Shown here: positions 51,290-64,000 of the stretch, piece by piece
Position numbering within the stretch: position 1 is the stretch's first letter
Layout: every line of letters starts with the position of its first letter
Source of the DNA: Macrostomum lignano
Lineage: Eukaryota
Direction: 5' to 3'
Assembly: GCA_002269645.1 (NCBI GenBank)
Contig: NIVC01000681.1
Span: 1 to 64,000, forward strand
Length of the DNA stretch: 64,000 nt
Position numbers and translations under genes: made by a program
Notes under the pieces: model-generated
The model's database searches: none
What the model was told of the DNA's origin: nothing
Seen by the model: only the letters and a program-made list of their open reading frames with translations

Positions 51290-52240
51290 ATTGGCCATAG
51301 ACAATAAAGCCAATCAAAGCTACTGCCACAAATCGGCCATAGACAATAGAGCCAATCAAAGCCACTTCCACAAATCGGCCATAGACAATAAAGCCAATCA
51401 AAGCCACTGCCACAAATCAGCCATAGACAATAGAGCCAATCAAAGCCACTGCCACAAATCAGCCATAGACAATAGAGCCAATCAAAGCCACTGCCACAAA
51501 TCGGCCATAGACAATAGAGCCAATCAAAGCCACTGCCACAAATCGGCCATAGACAATAAAGCCAATCAAAGCCAGTGCCACAAATCAGCCATAGACAATA
51601 AAGCCAATCAAAGCCACTGCCACAAATCGGCCATAGACAATAAAGCCAATCAAAGCCACTGCCACAAATCGGCCATAGACAATAAAGCCAATCAAAGCCA
51701 CTGCCACAAATCGCCCATAGACAATAAAGCCAATCAAAGCCACTGCCACAAATCGCCCATAGACAATAAAGCCAATCAAAGCCACTGCCACAAATCGGCC
51801 ATAGACAATAAAGCCAATCAAAGCCACTGTCACAAATCGGCCATAGACAATAAAGCCAATCAAAGCCACTGCCACAAATCGCCCATAGACAATAAAGCCA
51901 ATCAAAGCCACTGCCACAAATCGGCCATAGACAATACAGCCAATCGAAGCCACTGCCACAAATCGGCCATAGACAATACAGCCAATCAAAGCCACTGCCA
52001 CAAATCGGCCATAGACAATAAAGCCAATCAAAGCCACTGCCACGAATCGGCCATAGACAATAAAGCCGATCAAAGCCACTGCCACAAATCGGCCATAGAC
52101 AATACAGCCAATCAAAGCCACTGCCACAAATCGGCCATAGACAATACAGCCGATCAAAGCCACTGCCACAAATCGGCCATAGACAATAAAGCCAATCAAA
52201 GCCACTGCCACAAATCGGCCATAGACAATAAAGCCAATCC
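51290..52240. repeat. 39-bp minisatellite containing AGCCAATCA, intergenic
   Basis: The unit gccatagacaataaagccaatcaaagccactgccacaaatcg recurs about 24 times. Confidence 0.95.
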
Positions 52241-52849
52241 AACGGACAGGTCTAAATTTTAAGCTTTAGTCGCCCAAGACCGCAAGCCAAGCCAGGCTGT
52301 TCAAATTAGCACTGCTCCGGCCCTGGCTAAAAGAATTTCAAAGCAATTATATTCTGGCTACAAAACATTTAGAATAGTCTAGAGATCAGAGCGTGAAAAT
52401 GTCAAACAGGAGAGTCAATATAGAATGATAGGCTGTTTTTTGAGACACACCCGTTATACATATTCGTATATACAAACTACATTATAACGTCAGAAATGTG
52501 TATTTCATCGTTTATAATATCTACTGGTACATGATTATTTAGGTAGTTGCAATTAAAAAAAATGCAAAATCAAAGCTTAGACCGTAGTAATTATATAGCT
52601 TCTATATAAGAGCATACATGCAGCTAAGTGTATGCTAATATGATTGCAACGGCAAGGAATGTGATAACGATGTTATGATGATATCCTTTAATATCAACTA
52701 ATTACCAAGCAAAAATATAAATAAACATATTCTCTTTAGTTAGAATAAATGACAGAGATTGTTTGTTCAAGTTTTTTTATTAAATTGATCAGATAAGCAA
52801 GCTAAAAATTAATAGAAGAATTCTGCAAAATTGACACAGGCAAGGATAT

Positions 52850-54020
52850 TGGTTAGAGAGGAAGAGGGGAGAAGAGGGGAAAGAGGAAAGAAGAAAAGAG
52901 GCAGACCTGGCAGAGGGAAGGGAGAGAGGAGGGAGAGAGGGAGAGAGGGGGGAGAGAGGGAGAGAGGGGGGAGAGAGGGAGAGAGGGAGAGAGGGAGAGA
53001 GGAGGGAGAGAGGGAGAGAGGGAGAGAGGGAGAGAGGAGGGAGAGAGGAAGAGAGGGAGAGAGGAGGGAGAGAGGGAGAGAGGGAGAGAGGAGGGAGAGA
53101 GGGAGAGAGGGAGAGAGGAGGGAGAGAGGGAGAGAGGAGGGAGAGAGGGAGAGAGGAGGGAGAGAGGGAGAGAGGGAGAGAGGGAGAGAGGAGGGAGAGA
53201 GGGAGAGAGGGAGAGAGGGAGAGAGGAGGGAGAGAGGGGGAGAGGGAGAGAGGAGGGAGAGAGGAGGGAGAGAGGAGGGAGAGAGGAGGGAGAGAGGGAG
53301 AGAGGAGGGAGAGAGGGAGAGAGGAGGGAGAGAGGGAGAGAGGGAGAGAGGAGGGAGAGAGGAGGTAGAGAGGGAGAGAGGAGGGAGAGAGGGAGAGAGG
53401 GAGAGAGGGAGAGAGGGAGAGAGGAGAAAGAGAGGGAGAGAGGGAGAGAGGGAGAGAGGGAGAGAGGAGGGAGAGAGGGAGAGAGAAGGGAGAGAGGGAG
53501 AGAAGAGGGAGAGAGGGAGAGAGGAGGGAGAGAGGGAGAGAGGGATAGAGGGAGAGAGGAGGGAGAGAGGGAGAGAGGGATAGAGGGAGAGAGGAGGGAG
53601 AGAGGGAGAGAGGAGGGAGAGAGGGAGAGAGGGAGAGAGGGAGAGAGGAGGGAGAGAGGGAGAGAGGAGGGAGAGAGGGAGAGAGGGAGAGAGGGAAAGA
53701 GGAGGGAGAGAGGGAGAGAGGAGGGAGAGAGGGAGGGAGGAGGGAGAGAGGAGGTAGAGAGGGAGAGAGGAGGGAGAGAGGGAGAGAAGAGGGAGAGAGG
53801 GAGAGAGGAGGGAGAGGGAGAGAGAAGGGAGAGAGGGAGAGAGGGAGAGAGGGAGAGAGGAGGTAGAGAGGGAGAGAGGGAGAGAGGGAGAGAGGAGGTA
53901 GAGAGGGAGAGAGGAGGGAGAGAGGGAGAGGAGGGAGAGAGGGAGGGAGGAGGGAGAGAGGGAGGGAGAGAGGGAGAGAGGAGGAAGAGAGGGAGGAGAG
54001 GAGAAAGGAGGGAAAGGGTG
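52850..54020. repeat. Polypurine (GA)-rich tract, intergenic
   Basis: Visible. Confidence 0.95.
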
Positions 54021-54241
54021 ATAGAAAGGCGACATGAAGAGAATCATTAATTAGAGAACAGAGTGAGCGCTATAAAATGTAGTTCAACTGCAATATATTC
54101 AATACACCAAAACACTAGAAACAACAGCTTAGGCTGCATAAAAGCACAGAGAGCAGATCAAAACAGATCATCAGGAGAGCTCAGTAGACTTACATCATAT
54201 TGACTCAACTGATTATAGAGTTACAAAAAACAACAATCAAT

Positions 54242-57200
54242 CTAGCCAGGTCTATAAGCCGGAGCAATTGCCCATTGTGGCACACCCATTGGCACAGACC
54301 TGCTGCTGACCACCTGGGGATGCCTGACGCACTTGGCCAGCTGACAGCGCTGCTTAATGGTGGCAAATCTCAGCGTGAAAGCTTCATCAAGTCGCTGCTT
54401 CATCTCGCGCATCCGGTCGGACTGCCAGGGCAGGTCGCGAACTCTCAGAGTCTCGTCTTCGTCTTCTTCGTCGGATGAGGTGACATCTCTGGTGAGCACA
54501 ACTCGGTATTGTTCGAGTTCGTCTGGCGTCAGACTTGGCAGCAGGGCTTCGAATGCCTTCTGGCGGCGACCGAGTTTCTGAAAATATCGGCTGATTCTAT
54601 TGTAGATGATCTAGTGGCGCTTAAATAGATGGTCTAGTGGCGCTTAAATAGATAGTCTAGTGGCGTTTAAATAGATAGTCTAGTGGCGCTTAAATAGATG
54701 GTCTAGTGGCGCTTAAATAGATGATCTAGTGGCGCTTAAATAGATGGTCTAGTGGCGCTTAAATAGATGGTCTAGTGGCGCTTAAATAGATGGTCTAGTG
54801 GCGCTTAAATAGATGGTCTAGTGGCGCTTAAATAGATGGTCTAGTGGCGCTTAAATAGATGGTCTAGTGGCGCTTAAATAGATGGTCTAGTGGCGCTTAA
54901 ATAGATGGTCTAGTGGCGCTTAAATAGATGGTCTAGTGGCGCTTAAATAGATGGTCTAGTGGCGCTTAAATAGATGGTCTAGTGGCGCTTAAATAGATGG
55001 TCTAGTGGCGCTTAAATAGATGGTCTAGTGGCGCTTAAATAGATGGTCTAGTGGCGCTTAAATAGATGGTCTAGTGGCGCTTAAATAGATGGTCTAGTGG
55101 CGCTTAAATAGATGGTCTAGTGGCGCTTAAAAAGATGGTCTAGTGGCGCTTAAATAGATGGTCTAGTGGCGCTTAAATAGATGGTCTAGTGGCGCTTAAA
55201 TAGATGGTCTAGTGGCGCTTAAATAGATAGTCTAGTGGCGCTTCATTAGATGATCTAATGGCGCTTCATTAGATGATCTAGTGGCGCTTAAATAGATGGT
55301 CTAGTGGCGCTTAAATAGATGGTCTAGTGGCGCTTAAATAGATGATCTAGTGGCGCTTAAATAGATGGTCTAGTGGCGCTTCATTAGATGATCTAGTGGC
55401 GCTTCATTAGATGATCTAATGGCGCTTCATTAGATGATCTAGTGGCGCTTAAATAGATGGTCTAGTGGCGCTTCATTAGATGATCTAGTGGCGCTTCATT
55501 AGATGATCTAATGGCGCTTCATTAGATGGTCTAGTGGCACTTAAATAGATGGTCTAGTGGCGTTTAAATAGATGGTCTAGCGGCGCTTCATTAGATGATC
55601 TAGTGGCGCTTAAATAGATGGTCTAGTGGCGCTTCATTAGATGATCTAGTGGCGCTTCATTAGATGATCTAATGGCGCTTCATTAGATGGTCTAGTGGCA
55701 CTTAAATAGATGGTCTAGTGGCGTTTAAATAGATGGTCTAGCGGCGCTTAAATAGATGGTCTAGTGGCGCTTAAATAGATGGTCTAGTGGCGCTTCATTA
55801 GATGGTCTAGTGGCGCTTCATTAGATGATCTAGTGGCGCTTGAATAGATAATCTAGTTTGAATAGATTATCTAGTGGCGCTTAAATAGATGATCTAGTGA
55901 CGCTTAAATAGATGATCTAGAGACGCTTAAATAGCTGATCTAATGGCATTTAACTAGATAGATTATCTAGTGGCGCTTGAAAAGGTGATCCAGTGACACT
56001 TAAACAGATGAAGTTGTCAAATTTAGAGCGGGAAGTGATAATACTTCTGCGAACAGACGAGCTCTAGGAATAATACGACATTAAAATAATAACCAACACT
56101 AACCGCTTTTTGACGTTTGCCTTTACGCCAAACTGGACGATTGCGCAGACAGAAAGATTGCATGGATCGGAACTCTAGGTAGCAGGCGGCTGGAAGGAAA
56201 TAAAATAAATATTTTAACTGACACTGAATACTCTTACAATTAATATGGACTTCCAGGTGATGAGATCAAAGGTGTGCTCAAAACTGGGGAGTTCCAGGTG
56301 TTACAGGTGTGCTCAAAACTGGGGAGTTCCAGGTGTTACAGGTGTGCTCAAAACTGGAGTTCCAGGTGTTACAGGTGTGCTCAAAACTGGGGAGTTCCAG
56401 GTGTTAAAGGTATGCCTAAAACTGGGGGTTCCAGGTGTTAAAGGTATGCTTAAAACTGGGGGTTCCAGGTGTTACAGGTGTGCTGTGCTTAAAAAAAAGA
56501 ATTTCATAAGAATAGTTGGATGCTTACTAAAATCACGCATTTTAATCAACGAAAATAAACTCAATGCTAGTGTAAAAAATAAACAAACCATACTCACACA
56601 GCCAGTTTTCCTGATCAGACTCAAAATCGGCACTGATCTGACCATGCGAGATTACATTCTGCGCCACAGTCTGATTCGAATTCTCAGTCCAACTGCAAAA
56701 TAATCAGCAGTGATATACCATTATTTTATCCTCTTTATCAGCTTTATTAACGGGAAAAATATCTACATCTGCACTCACGGCTTTGAAAAGTCGAATAGGT
56801 GAGGCCCGCTGCCTCTTAGTGTCTTGTAAGCCTCTTTGAGCACACTCTGAAATTGAGGACTACGTTTGTAATCGGATATCTATTGAGGAATTTTACGAAT
56901 CGCTAATTTGGGATCAACTCTGATGGGATCTAGAAATATCCCTTAGGATTTGTGATTAACTCAATCTTGTTGGGATCTAGAAATATCCCTTAGGATTTGG
57001 GATCAATTCAATCTTGTTGGGATCTAGAAATATCCCTTAGGATTTGGGATCAATTCAATCTTGTTGGGAACTAGAAATATCCATTAGGATTTGGGATCAA
57101 TTCAATCTTGTTGGGATCTAGAAATATCCCTTAGGATTTGGGATCAATTCAATCTTGTTGGGAACTAGAAATATCCCTTAGGATTTGGCATCAATTCAAT

Positions 57201-59560
57201 CTTGTTGGGATCTAGAAATATCCCTTAGGATTTGGGATCAATTATATCTTGTTGGGAACTAGAAATATCCCTTAGGATTTGGGATCAATTCAATCTTGTT
57301 GGGATCTAGAAATATCCCTTAGGATTTGGGATCAATTCAATCTTGTTGGGAACTAGAAATATCCATTAGGATTTGGGATCAATTCAATCTTGTTGGGAAC
57401 TAGAAATATCCCTTAGGATTTGGGATCAATTCAATCTTGTTGGGATCTAGAAATATCCCTTAGGATTTGGGATCAATTCAATCTTGATGGGATCTAGAAA
57501 TATCCCTAAGTATTTGGGATCAATTCAATCTTGATGGGATCTAAAAATATCCCTTAGGATTTGGGATCAATCCAATCTTGTTGGGAACTAGAAATATCCA
57601 TTAGGATTTGGGATCAATTCAATCTTGATGGGATCTAGAAATATCCCTAAGGATTTGGGATCAATTCAATCTTGATGGGATCTAGAAATATCCCTAAGGA
57701 TTTGGGATCAATTCAATCTTGATGGGATCTAGAAATATCCCTTAGAATTTGGGATCAATTCAATCTTGATGGGATCCAGAAATATCCCTTAGGATTTGGG
57801 ATCAATTCAATCTTGATGGGATCTAGAAATATCCCTAAGGATTTGGGATCAATTCAATCTTGATGGGATCTAGAAATATCCCTTAGAATTTGGGATCAAT
57901 TCAATCTTGATGGGATCCAGAAATATCCCTTAGGATTTGGGATCAATTTAGGATCAATTGAATCTTGTTGGGATCTAGAAATATCCTTAAACATTTGGGA
58001 TCAATTTAATCTTGATGGGATCTAGGGAAGCATTTGAGATCAATTCAATCTTGATGGGATCTAAAAATATCCCTAAGTATTTGGGATCAATTCAATCTTG
58101 ATGGGATCTAAAAATATCCCTTAGGATTTGGGATCAATCCAATCTTGTTGGGAACTAGAAATATCCATTAGGATTTGGGATCAATTCAATCTTGTTGGGA
58201 TCTAGAAATATCCCTTAGGATTTGGGATCAATTCAATCTTGATGGGATCTAAAAATATCCCTTAGGATTTGGGATCAATCCAATCTTGTTGGGATCTAGA
58301 AATATCCCTTAGGATTTGGGATCAATTCAATCTTGATGGGATCTAGAAATATCCCTAAGGATTTGGGATCAATTCAATCTTGTTGGGAACTAGAAATATC
58401 CCTTAGGATTTGGGATCAATTCAATCTTGATGGGATCTAGAAATATCCCTAAGTATTTGGGATCAATTCAATCTTGATGGGATCTAAAAATATCCCTTAG
58501 GATTTGGGATCAATCCAATCTTGTTGGGAACTAGAAATATCCCTTAGGATTTGGGATCAATTCAATCTTGTTGGGATCTAGAAATATCCCTTAGGATTTG
58601 GCATCAATTCAATCTTGATGGGATCTAGAAATATCCCTTAGGATTTGGGATCAATTCAATCTTGATGGGATCTAAAAATATCCTTTGAAAGTTAGGAGAA
58701 ATTCAGTCTTTCTATTTTACAGTCTAAAAATCACAAAATGCTGTGCCTGAAGAGTGGCCACCAACCCGCATGTGCGCAGTTCCGCCAACATTAATTCGGT
58801 TCTTGTGCATCTCAACGACGGAGCCAGGGATCTGCTGATGCTGTTGTTGGTGTTGTTGCATCATCAAGCTCCCAAACGTCATAGAAACCGACGATGGCCC
58901 AGCATCCGTCATAGTAGGACAATCTTCATCAACTAAACCAGCATCATCATCCTCATCATCATCATCATCAATAATAACGATTGTGTTAAGCGGATTAGGA
59001 GATTCAGCCTCTTTAACGCTACAATCTCCTCGATGATGCCTCCATTGGCTACTATTTGCAGTAGTATTATCAGCAGTTGAATTCAAATCTGGTTTCGGCG
59101 ACATACTGGGCGGCTCAGCTAATTCTTCATCATCATCAGCATCAGCATGGCGTTCCAGCTTCACGGGACAGACTTCTCGATCAGTCGATAAGCGTCGTTT
59201 TAACGACGGAATAGAATTAAGCTGACCACGACTCAGACTATCACTATTCTCATCCGAGTTCTCATTGCCAATATTTTCATGTCTATTTATTGTTTGCTCA
59301 TTGTCGTTACTAGCAGTAGTATCAGTAGTAGTTGGCGCATTATTAGAATCTAGATTATTTAATTTGCGTTGCAGATCGGTAGCGCAAGGCTGCATAGCGC
59401 CAATCAGTTGAATGTGCAGATTGGCTGTCAGTCGCATGGCGCCAAGGAGCTCGTCCATAGACATGCTGTCTAGCAGCATGCCAGCGTTGAGAAGGGTGGA
59501 CTCAAACAGTGTCAGGGCTGAGAATGGCAGCACTGGTGCTGAGGAGGCGGTAGCTGCCAT
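54242..59560 (-). CDS. C14orf93-like domain protein, paralogue A, 5 exons, about 459 aa
   Basis: Exons are 59560-58766, 56846-56779, 56692-56598, 56189-56104 and 54577-54242 (phases 0,2,1,0; GT-AG). An acidic low-complexity N-terminus is followed by SVLKEAYKTL...FDFSKPWTENSNQTV...SACYLEFRSM...KLGRRQKAF...LTRDVTSSDEED...VRDLPWQSDRMREMKQRLD...SSRSVP...WA. The family assignment comes from my recall of the C14orf93 C-terminal motifs. The exon 1 donor is the least certain boundary. Confidence 0.72.
54600..55960. repeat. 23-bp minisatellite (tagtggcgcttaaatagatggtc), intron 4 of paralogue A
   Basis: Visible. Confidence 0.95.
56900..58690. repeat. 47-bp minisatellite, intron 1 of paralogue A
   Basis: Unit gggatctagaaatatcccttaggatttgggatcaattcaatcttgtt. 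Confidence 0.95.
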
Positions 59561-59709
59561 GATAAATGATAGATTTTATTCTAAATTCTATTTAAAACTT
59601 GCTCTGTACTTCCGTTCGATAGGCTCCATAAAATTTAATCAGCGAGTGCGTTCAGATCCGGTGTGCTTAATAAATAGCAAAGTTGATTATGAAAAACTGC
59701 TAGTGTTCC

Positions 59710-60500
59710 AGATCATGATCAAGGTGGAAAATAGATCCCATCAATAGGAATCCCATCTCATGATCGTAGGAATCCCATCTCATGATCAAGGTGGAAAATA
59801 GATCCCATCAATAGGAATCCCATCTCATGATCGTAAGAATCCCATCTCATGATCAAGTTGGAAAATAGATCCCATCAATAGGAATCCCATCTCATGATCA
59901 AGTTGGAAAATAGATCCCATCAATAGGAATCCCATCTCATGATCAAGTTGGAAAATAGATCCCATCAATAGGAATCCCATCTCATGATCAAGTTGGAAAA
60001 TAGATCCCATCAATAGGAATCCCATCTCATGATCAAGGTGGAAAATATATCCCATCAATAGGAATCCCATCTCATGATCAAGGTAGAAAATAGATCCCAT
60101 CAATAGGAATCCCATCTCATGATCAAGTTGGAAAATAGATCCCATCAATAGGAATCCCATCTCATGATCAAGTTGGAAAATAGATCCCATCAATAGGAAT
60201 CCCATCTCATGATCAAGTTGGAAAATAGATCCCATCAATAGGAATCCCATCTCATGATCAAGTTGGAAAATAGATCCCATCAATAGGAATCCCATCTCAT
60301 GATCAAGTTGGAAAATAGATCCCATCAATAGGAATCCCATCTCATGATCAAGATGGAAAATAGATCCCATCAATAAGAATCCAATCTCATGATAAAGTTG
60401 GAAAACAGATCCCATCTCATGATCAAGTTGGAAAACAGATCCCATCTCATGATCCAAGTTGGAAAACAGATCCCATCTCATGATCAAGTTGGACAACAGA
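59710..60500. repeat. 45-bp minisatellite upstream of paralogue A
   Basis: Unit gatcaagttggaaaatagatcccatcaataggaatcccatctcat. Confidence 0.95.
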
Positions 60501-60929
60501 TACCATCAACAAGAATTCCGAGCTACATAAAGAGAATCAAATAGGATTATTAACCCAGAGACTTCGTTCTGAGAAATCTGAATATAATATTGTTAAAGAT
60601 AGTAAGTAATAGAAAGCAGTGTATTCGTTTAATTTTACAACACTTTTCAGCAATGCAGAAATGAATGCCAAAAATTATTGGCAATTAGACAAATTACAAA
60701 ATGCACTGAATTTAAACACTCGTAGATATACATGTATATACATATTTTTAAATAAACACGGCGATTTTAACGAACAGGTTTTGGGATTGCACTTCTCCAA
60801 ACGTAATGACTAATCAATTATTAGTTACTGACAACGTAAAAACAGAGACTAGCTAAATAAAATCTTAAATTATTAAAATTCATGTCCTGCAATCAGAAAG
60901 GACTACTAAATATCATGGCGGACGTAATG

Positions 60930-61430
60930 ATATCAGAAGATACCGGTTGGATGTTGAGATAATGGTTGGGTGCTAGAAAATACCGGTTGCTTGTCAGAAA
61001 ATACAAGGTGTCAGGAGATACCGGTTGAGTGTCAGGGGATACCGGTTGGGTGTCAGGAGATACCGGTTAGATGACAGGGGATACCGGTTGTGTGTCAGGA
61101 GAGACAACTGGGTGTCAGGAGATACCAGTTGGGTGTCAGGAGAGACAACTGGGTGTCAGGAGATACCAGTTGGGTGTCAGGAGAGACAACTGGGTGTCAG
61201 GAGATACCAGTTGGGTGTCAGGAGAGACAACTGGGTGTCAGGAGATACCAGTTGGGTGTCAGGAGAGACAACTGGGTGTCAGGAGATACCAGTTGGGTGT
61301 CAGGAGAGACAACTGGGTGTCGGGAGATACCAGTTGGGTGTCAGGAGATACCAGTTGGGTGTCAGTAGATACCAGTTGGGTGTCAGGAGATACCAGTTGG
61401 GTGTCAGGAGAAACCGGCTGGGGGTCAGAA
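60930..61430. repeat. 20/21-bp alternating repeat (gggtgtcaggagataccagtt / gggtgtcaggagagacaact)
   Basis: Visible. Confidence 0.9.
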
Positions 61431-61516
61431 AAATACTACTTGATGTCAAGCCAGGACATTTGGTTGCCGGAATTCAAATTAGTAAATTGTCAACTGATTC
61501 AGCAAGAGTCAATTGA

Positions 61517-63092
61517 TTAGTTACTGCCGCTACTACTAGCTCCAGCAGTAGTATTGTCAGCAGCTGCAGCAGGCTTCCTAGCCCAGTCTAAACCGTCGTA
61601 AACAGGCGCTGGTCGATCAGAGTACACGCCAGATTGTCGACGAACAACCGGAGCAGAGGCTGCTGCGACGGAGTCCAGCCGATTCTTCAGCTGACGCAGC
61701 TCCTCGCTCTCCCAGGTGAGCTCGCGAACTCGAAGCGGTTGGCTCTGCTCGTCGGCTGTTTGTTGATCAACACCGTCGCCTGCTGTCGAAGTGTCCTCTT
61801 CGTCTGAGCTGGTGTAGTCTCGATTGAGCACTGCCGACTCAATTTTGGTTCGGGTGGCGGGGTCAAGCTCTGATCTGATCGAATCGTAGGCTTTCTGGCG
61901 ACGGTTCAGCTTCTGGGTAAGGGAGAGCGGGTCAGGTGTTTTAGAGCCAAAATTGTTTCCATATCGATTGAGTAGGCTTTACACGTGAGAGCGTCACTTT
62001 ACAGGCTATTAGGACATTAGCCTGCAGGTTACTAGGACATTAGCCTACAGGCTATTGGGACATTAGCCTGCAGGCTATTAGGGCATTAGCCTACAGGCTA
62101 TTAGGACAGTGCCTACAGGCTATTAGGAAATTAGCCTGCAGGCTATTAGGACATTAGTATATCTACAGGCTATTTGGACATTAGCCTAGAGGCTATTAGG
62201 ACATTAGCATGCAGGCTATTAGGACATTAGCCTGCAGGCTATTAGGGCATTAGCCTACAGGCTATTAGGACAGTAGCCTACAGGCTATTAGGAAATTAGC
62301 CTGCAGGATATTAGGACATTGGTCTACAGGCTATTAGGACAGTGCCTACAGGCTATTAGGAAATTAGCCTGCAGGCTATTAGGACATTAGTCTACAGGCT
62401 ATTAGGACAGTGCCTACAGGCTATTAGGACATTAGCCTGCAGGATATTAGGACATTAGTCTACAGGCTATTAGGACATTAGCCTGCAGGATATTAGTCTA
62501 CAGGCTATTAGGACAGTAGCCTACAGGATATTAGGACATTAGCCTGCAGGATATTAGGAAATTAGTCTACAGGCTATTAGGACAGTGCCTACAGGCTATT
62601 AGGAAATTAGCCTGCAGGCTATTAGGACAGTAGCCTACAGGATATTAGGAAATTAGCCTGCAGACTATAAGGACATCAGTCTATCTACAGGCTTTTAGGA
62701 CATTAGCCTACAGCTATGAGCAGGTTAGCCTACAGGATATTAGGACATTAATTAGCCTACAGGCTATTAGGACATTAGCCTACAGGCTATTAGGATATTA
62801 ACCTACAGGTTATTAGGACATTTGCCAACCAACAGACCATAAAGAGATTAACCCATCAACTTTAAAATTTAGTACATATATTAGAACAAAAAACTTTAGT
62901 CTGACATGCACATAAGTGACAAATTATTGTTAAATGAGACTGCAATGCAGGCCCAGACAGCACTTCATTGGCTGATGCAACTCACAACCTGCAGCCTAAT
63001 CAAAGATGACACCTTTCCCTTACGCTGCTGCTCCTTGAAATTTCGTTTTAAAAATTGATTGTACCAACTATGAAAGTATTTGTTAGCGGCGT
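61517..63092 (-). CDS. C14orf93-like domain protein, paralogue B, last two exons (5' part outside the window or not found)
   Basis: Exon 63092-62986 (AANKYFHSWYNQFLKRNFKEQQRKGK...RLQ) and terminal exon 61912-61517 (KLNRRQKAYDS...LNRDYTSSDEED...LRVRELTWESEELRQLKNRLD...SDRPAP...WA). The acceptor position is the same as in paralogue A. Confidence 0.75.
62000..62830. repeat. About 22-bp minisatellite (ggacattagcctacaggctatta), last intron of paralogue B
   Basis: Visible. Confidence 0.92.
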
Positions 63093-63299
63093 CTGAAAGT
63101 TAATTGAAAATTGAGGTTGACTTTTTATGGGCATTAGTTAGCTACTACTCACAGTAAAATATAAAAAATTGTAAGCATTGCATGGCCAAAAAATTAATTT
63201 TTTTCTAGAAATCTATTTAGAGACAGAAAGCAGATGAAAACGGTACCCAGGCCGTAGGAGTAGGAACGTTTCAAAAATTGGGGGGTCAGGACTCGTTTT

Positions 63300-63840
63300 A
63301 GCGCCGCAGACACTCATTTTGACGCCGCAGGCACCCATTTTAGCGCCGCAGGCACCCATTTTAGCGCCGCAGGCACTCATTTTGACGCCGCAGGCACTCA
63401 TTTTAGCGCCGCAGGCACCCATTTTAGCGCCGCAGGCACTCATTTTGACGCCGCAGGCACCCATTTTAGCGCCGCAGGCACTCATTTTAGCGCCGCAGGC
63501 ACTCATTTTGACGCCGCAGGCACCCATTTTAGCGCCGCAGGCACTCATTTTAGCGCCGCAGGCACTCATTTTGACGCCGCAGGCACCCATTTTAGCGCCG
63601 CAGGCACTCATTTTAGCGCCGCAGGCACTCATTTTGACGCCGCAGGCACCCATTTTAGCGCCGCAGGCACTCATTTTAGCGCCGCAGGCACTCATTTTAG
63701 CGCCGCAGGCACCCATTTTAGCGCCGCAGGCACTCATTTTAGCGCCGCAGGCACTCATTTTGACGCTGCAGGCACTCATTTTAGCGCCGCAGGCACTTAT
63801 TTTAGCGCCGCAGGCACCCATTTTAGCGTCGCAGGCGCTA
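63300..63840. repeat. 21-bp minisatellite (attttagcgccgcaggcactc), possibly inside a MITE (about 63248-63967)
   Basis: Visible array. The flanks caggccgtaggagtaggaacg and cgtttctacgcctatg are only loosely inverted. Confidence 0.85.
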
Positions 63841-64000
63841 TGTTTTGTCGTCCTGCAGCAAAATGCATTCATGCAATGCAGCAAAAAGTCTACATTTTAC
63901 ATTTAAAATGTGGAGGGGCCAGATACCATTACTGGCCCCACTGTCCATCCCCGTTTCTACGCCTATGACCCAGGCTAAGAAGCGTCCCGGAGTCACTTGC

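Noticed and set aside
51268-52262. 323-324 aa His/Cys or Trp/Cys repeat proteins
   Set aside because: A 39-bp satellite open on both strands, with no independent coding evidence.
58724-58765. Single-exon 278-aa protein ending GTAFCDF
   Set aside because: A phase-0 donor at 58765 links to three small exons and the conserved terminal exon, which explains the locus better, though this donor is not certain.
63213-63906. CGAKMSA and APQAL repeat ORFs
   Set aside because: Translations of a 21-bp tandem repeat.

Overview
Eukaryotic, repeat-rich invertebrate DNA. The GC-rich short exons and minisatellite-filled introns resemble a free-living flatworm such as Macrostomum, but the organism is an inference. 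From left to right: a decayed Tc1/mariner transposase (minus, 1-580); a 4-exon TRAF gene (plus, 1819-4817); and a 40-exon gene (minus, 9883-49350). I reconstructed that gene by hand as one open frame of 6582 nt (2193 aa). It encodes a signal peptide, a linker, 37 strictly alternating Lys/Arg- and Cys-rich A/B modules on phase-1 exons, then vWD (with GDPH), C8, TIL and two ShKT domains. It is probably a secreted adhesive or matrix protein. Its introns contain a nested antisense type-I membrane protein gene with a 1-nt frameshift, a solo LTR with a 4-bp TSD, copies of a tRNA-headed SINE, and a different minisatellite in most long introns. Beyond it are two tandem minus-strand paralogues with a C14orf93-like C-terminal domain: one complete 5-exon model (54242-59560) and one cut by the window end (61517-63092). 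Most long ORFs in the ORF track are translations of tandem repeats. Exon boundaries were read by eye, and no database searches were run.
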